Assembly: GCA_051747585.1 (NCBI GenBank)
Contig: JBNJGH010000016.1
Span: forward strand, 11,971-46,014
Direction: 5' to 3'
DNA from: Candidatus Rifleibacteriota bacterium
Lineage (GTDB): Bacteria > Muiribacteriota > Ozemobacteria > Ozemobacterales > Ozemobacteraceae
DNA: 34,044 nucleotides
Both the position numbers and the translations under genes were made by a program. Shown one piece after another: positions 34,033 through 34,044 of this stretch (position 1 is its first letter; the number at the start of each line of letters is the position of its first letter). The notes under the pieces are model-generated. The model was not told the origin of the DNA, made no database searches, and saw only the letters and a list, made by a program, of their open reading frames with translations.

Positions 34033-34044
34033 ATTTTCTTTGTG

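Overview
AT-rich bacterial chromosomal window, probably from an anaerobic fermenter. Candidatus Riflebacteria is an unverified guess from gene style. Most genes are housekeeping: a stand-alone DnaE2-like polymerase, fabH, hydF, nifU-nifS, aroK-mazG, an apbE/NusG-II/Gx/maf/coaD operon, tRNA-Val(GAC) followed by trmJ, an ABC-2 exporter and a secreted GH13 debranching enzyme. The top observation is two overlapping ~1000-aa membrane HAMP class III cyclase genes (21938-27875) with exactly complementary catalytic residues. The first keeps only the two metal-binding Asp. The second keeps only Lys/Thr/Asn/Arg. This predicts an obligate heterodimeric adenylate cyclase like the mammalian C1/C2 pair. Also found: two small ORFs missing from the ORF track (one behind sigma54- and sigma28-like promoters), a likely ATT start codon, and several palindromic repeat elements. 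No CRISPR array, integrase or transposase was seen.
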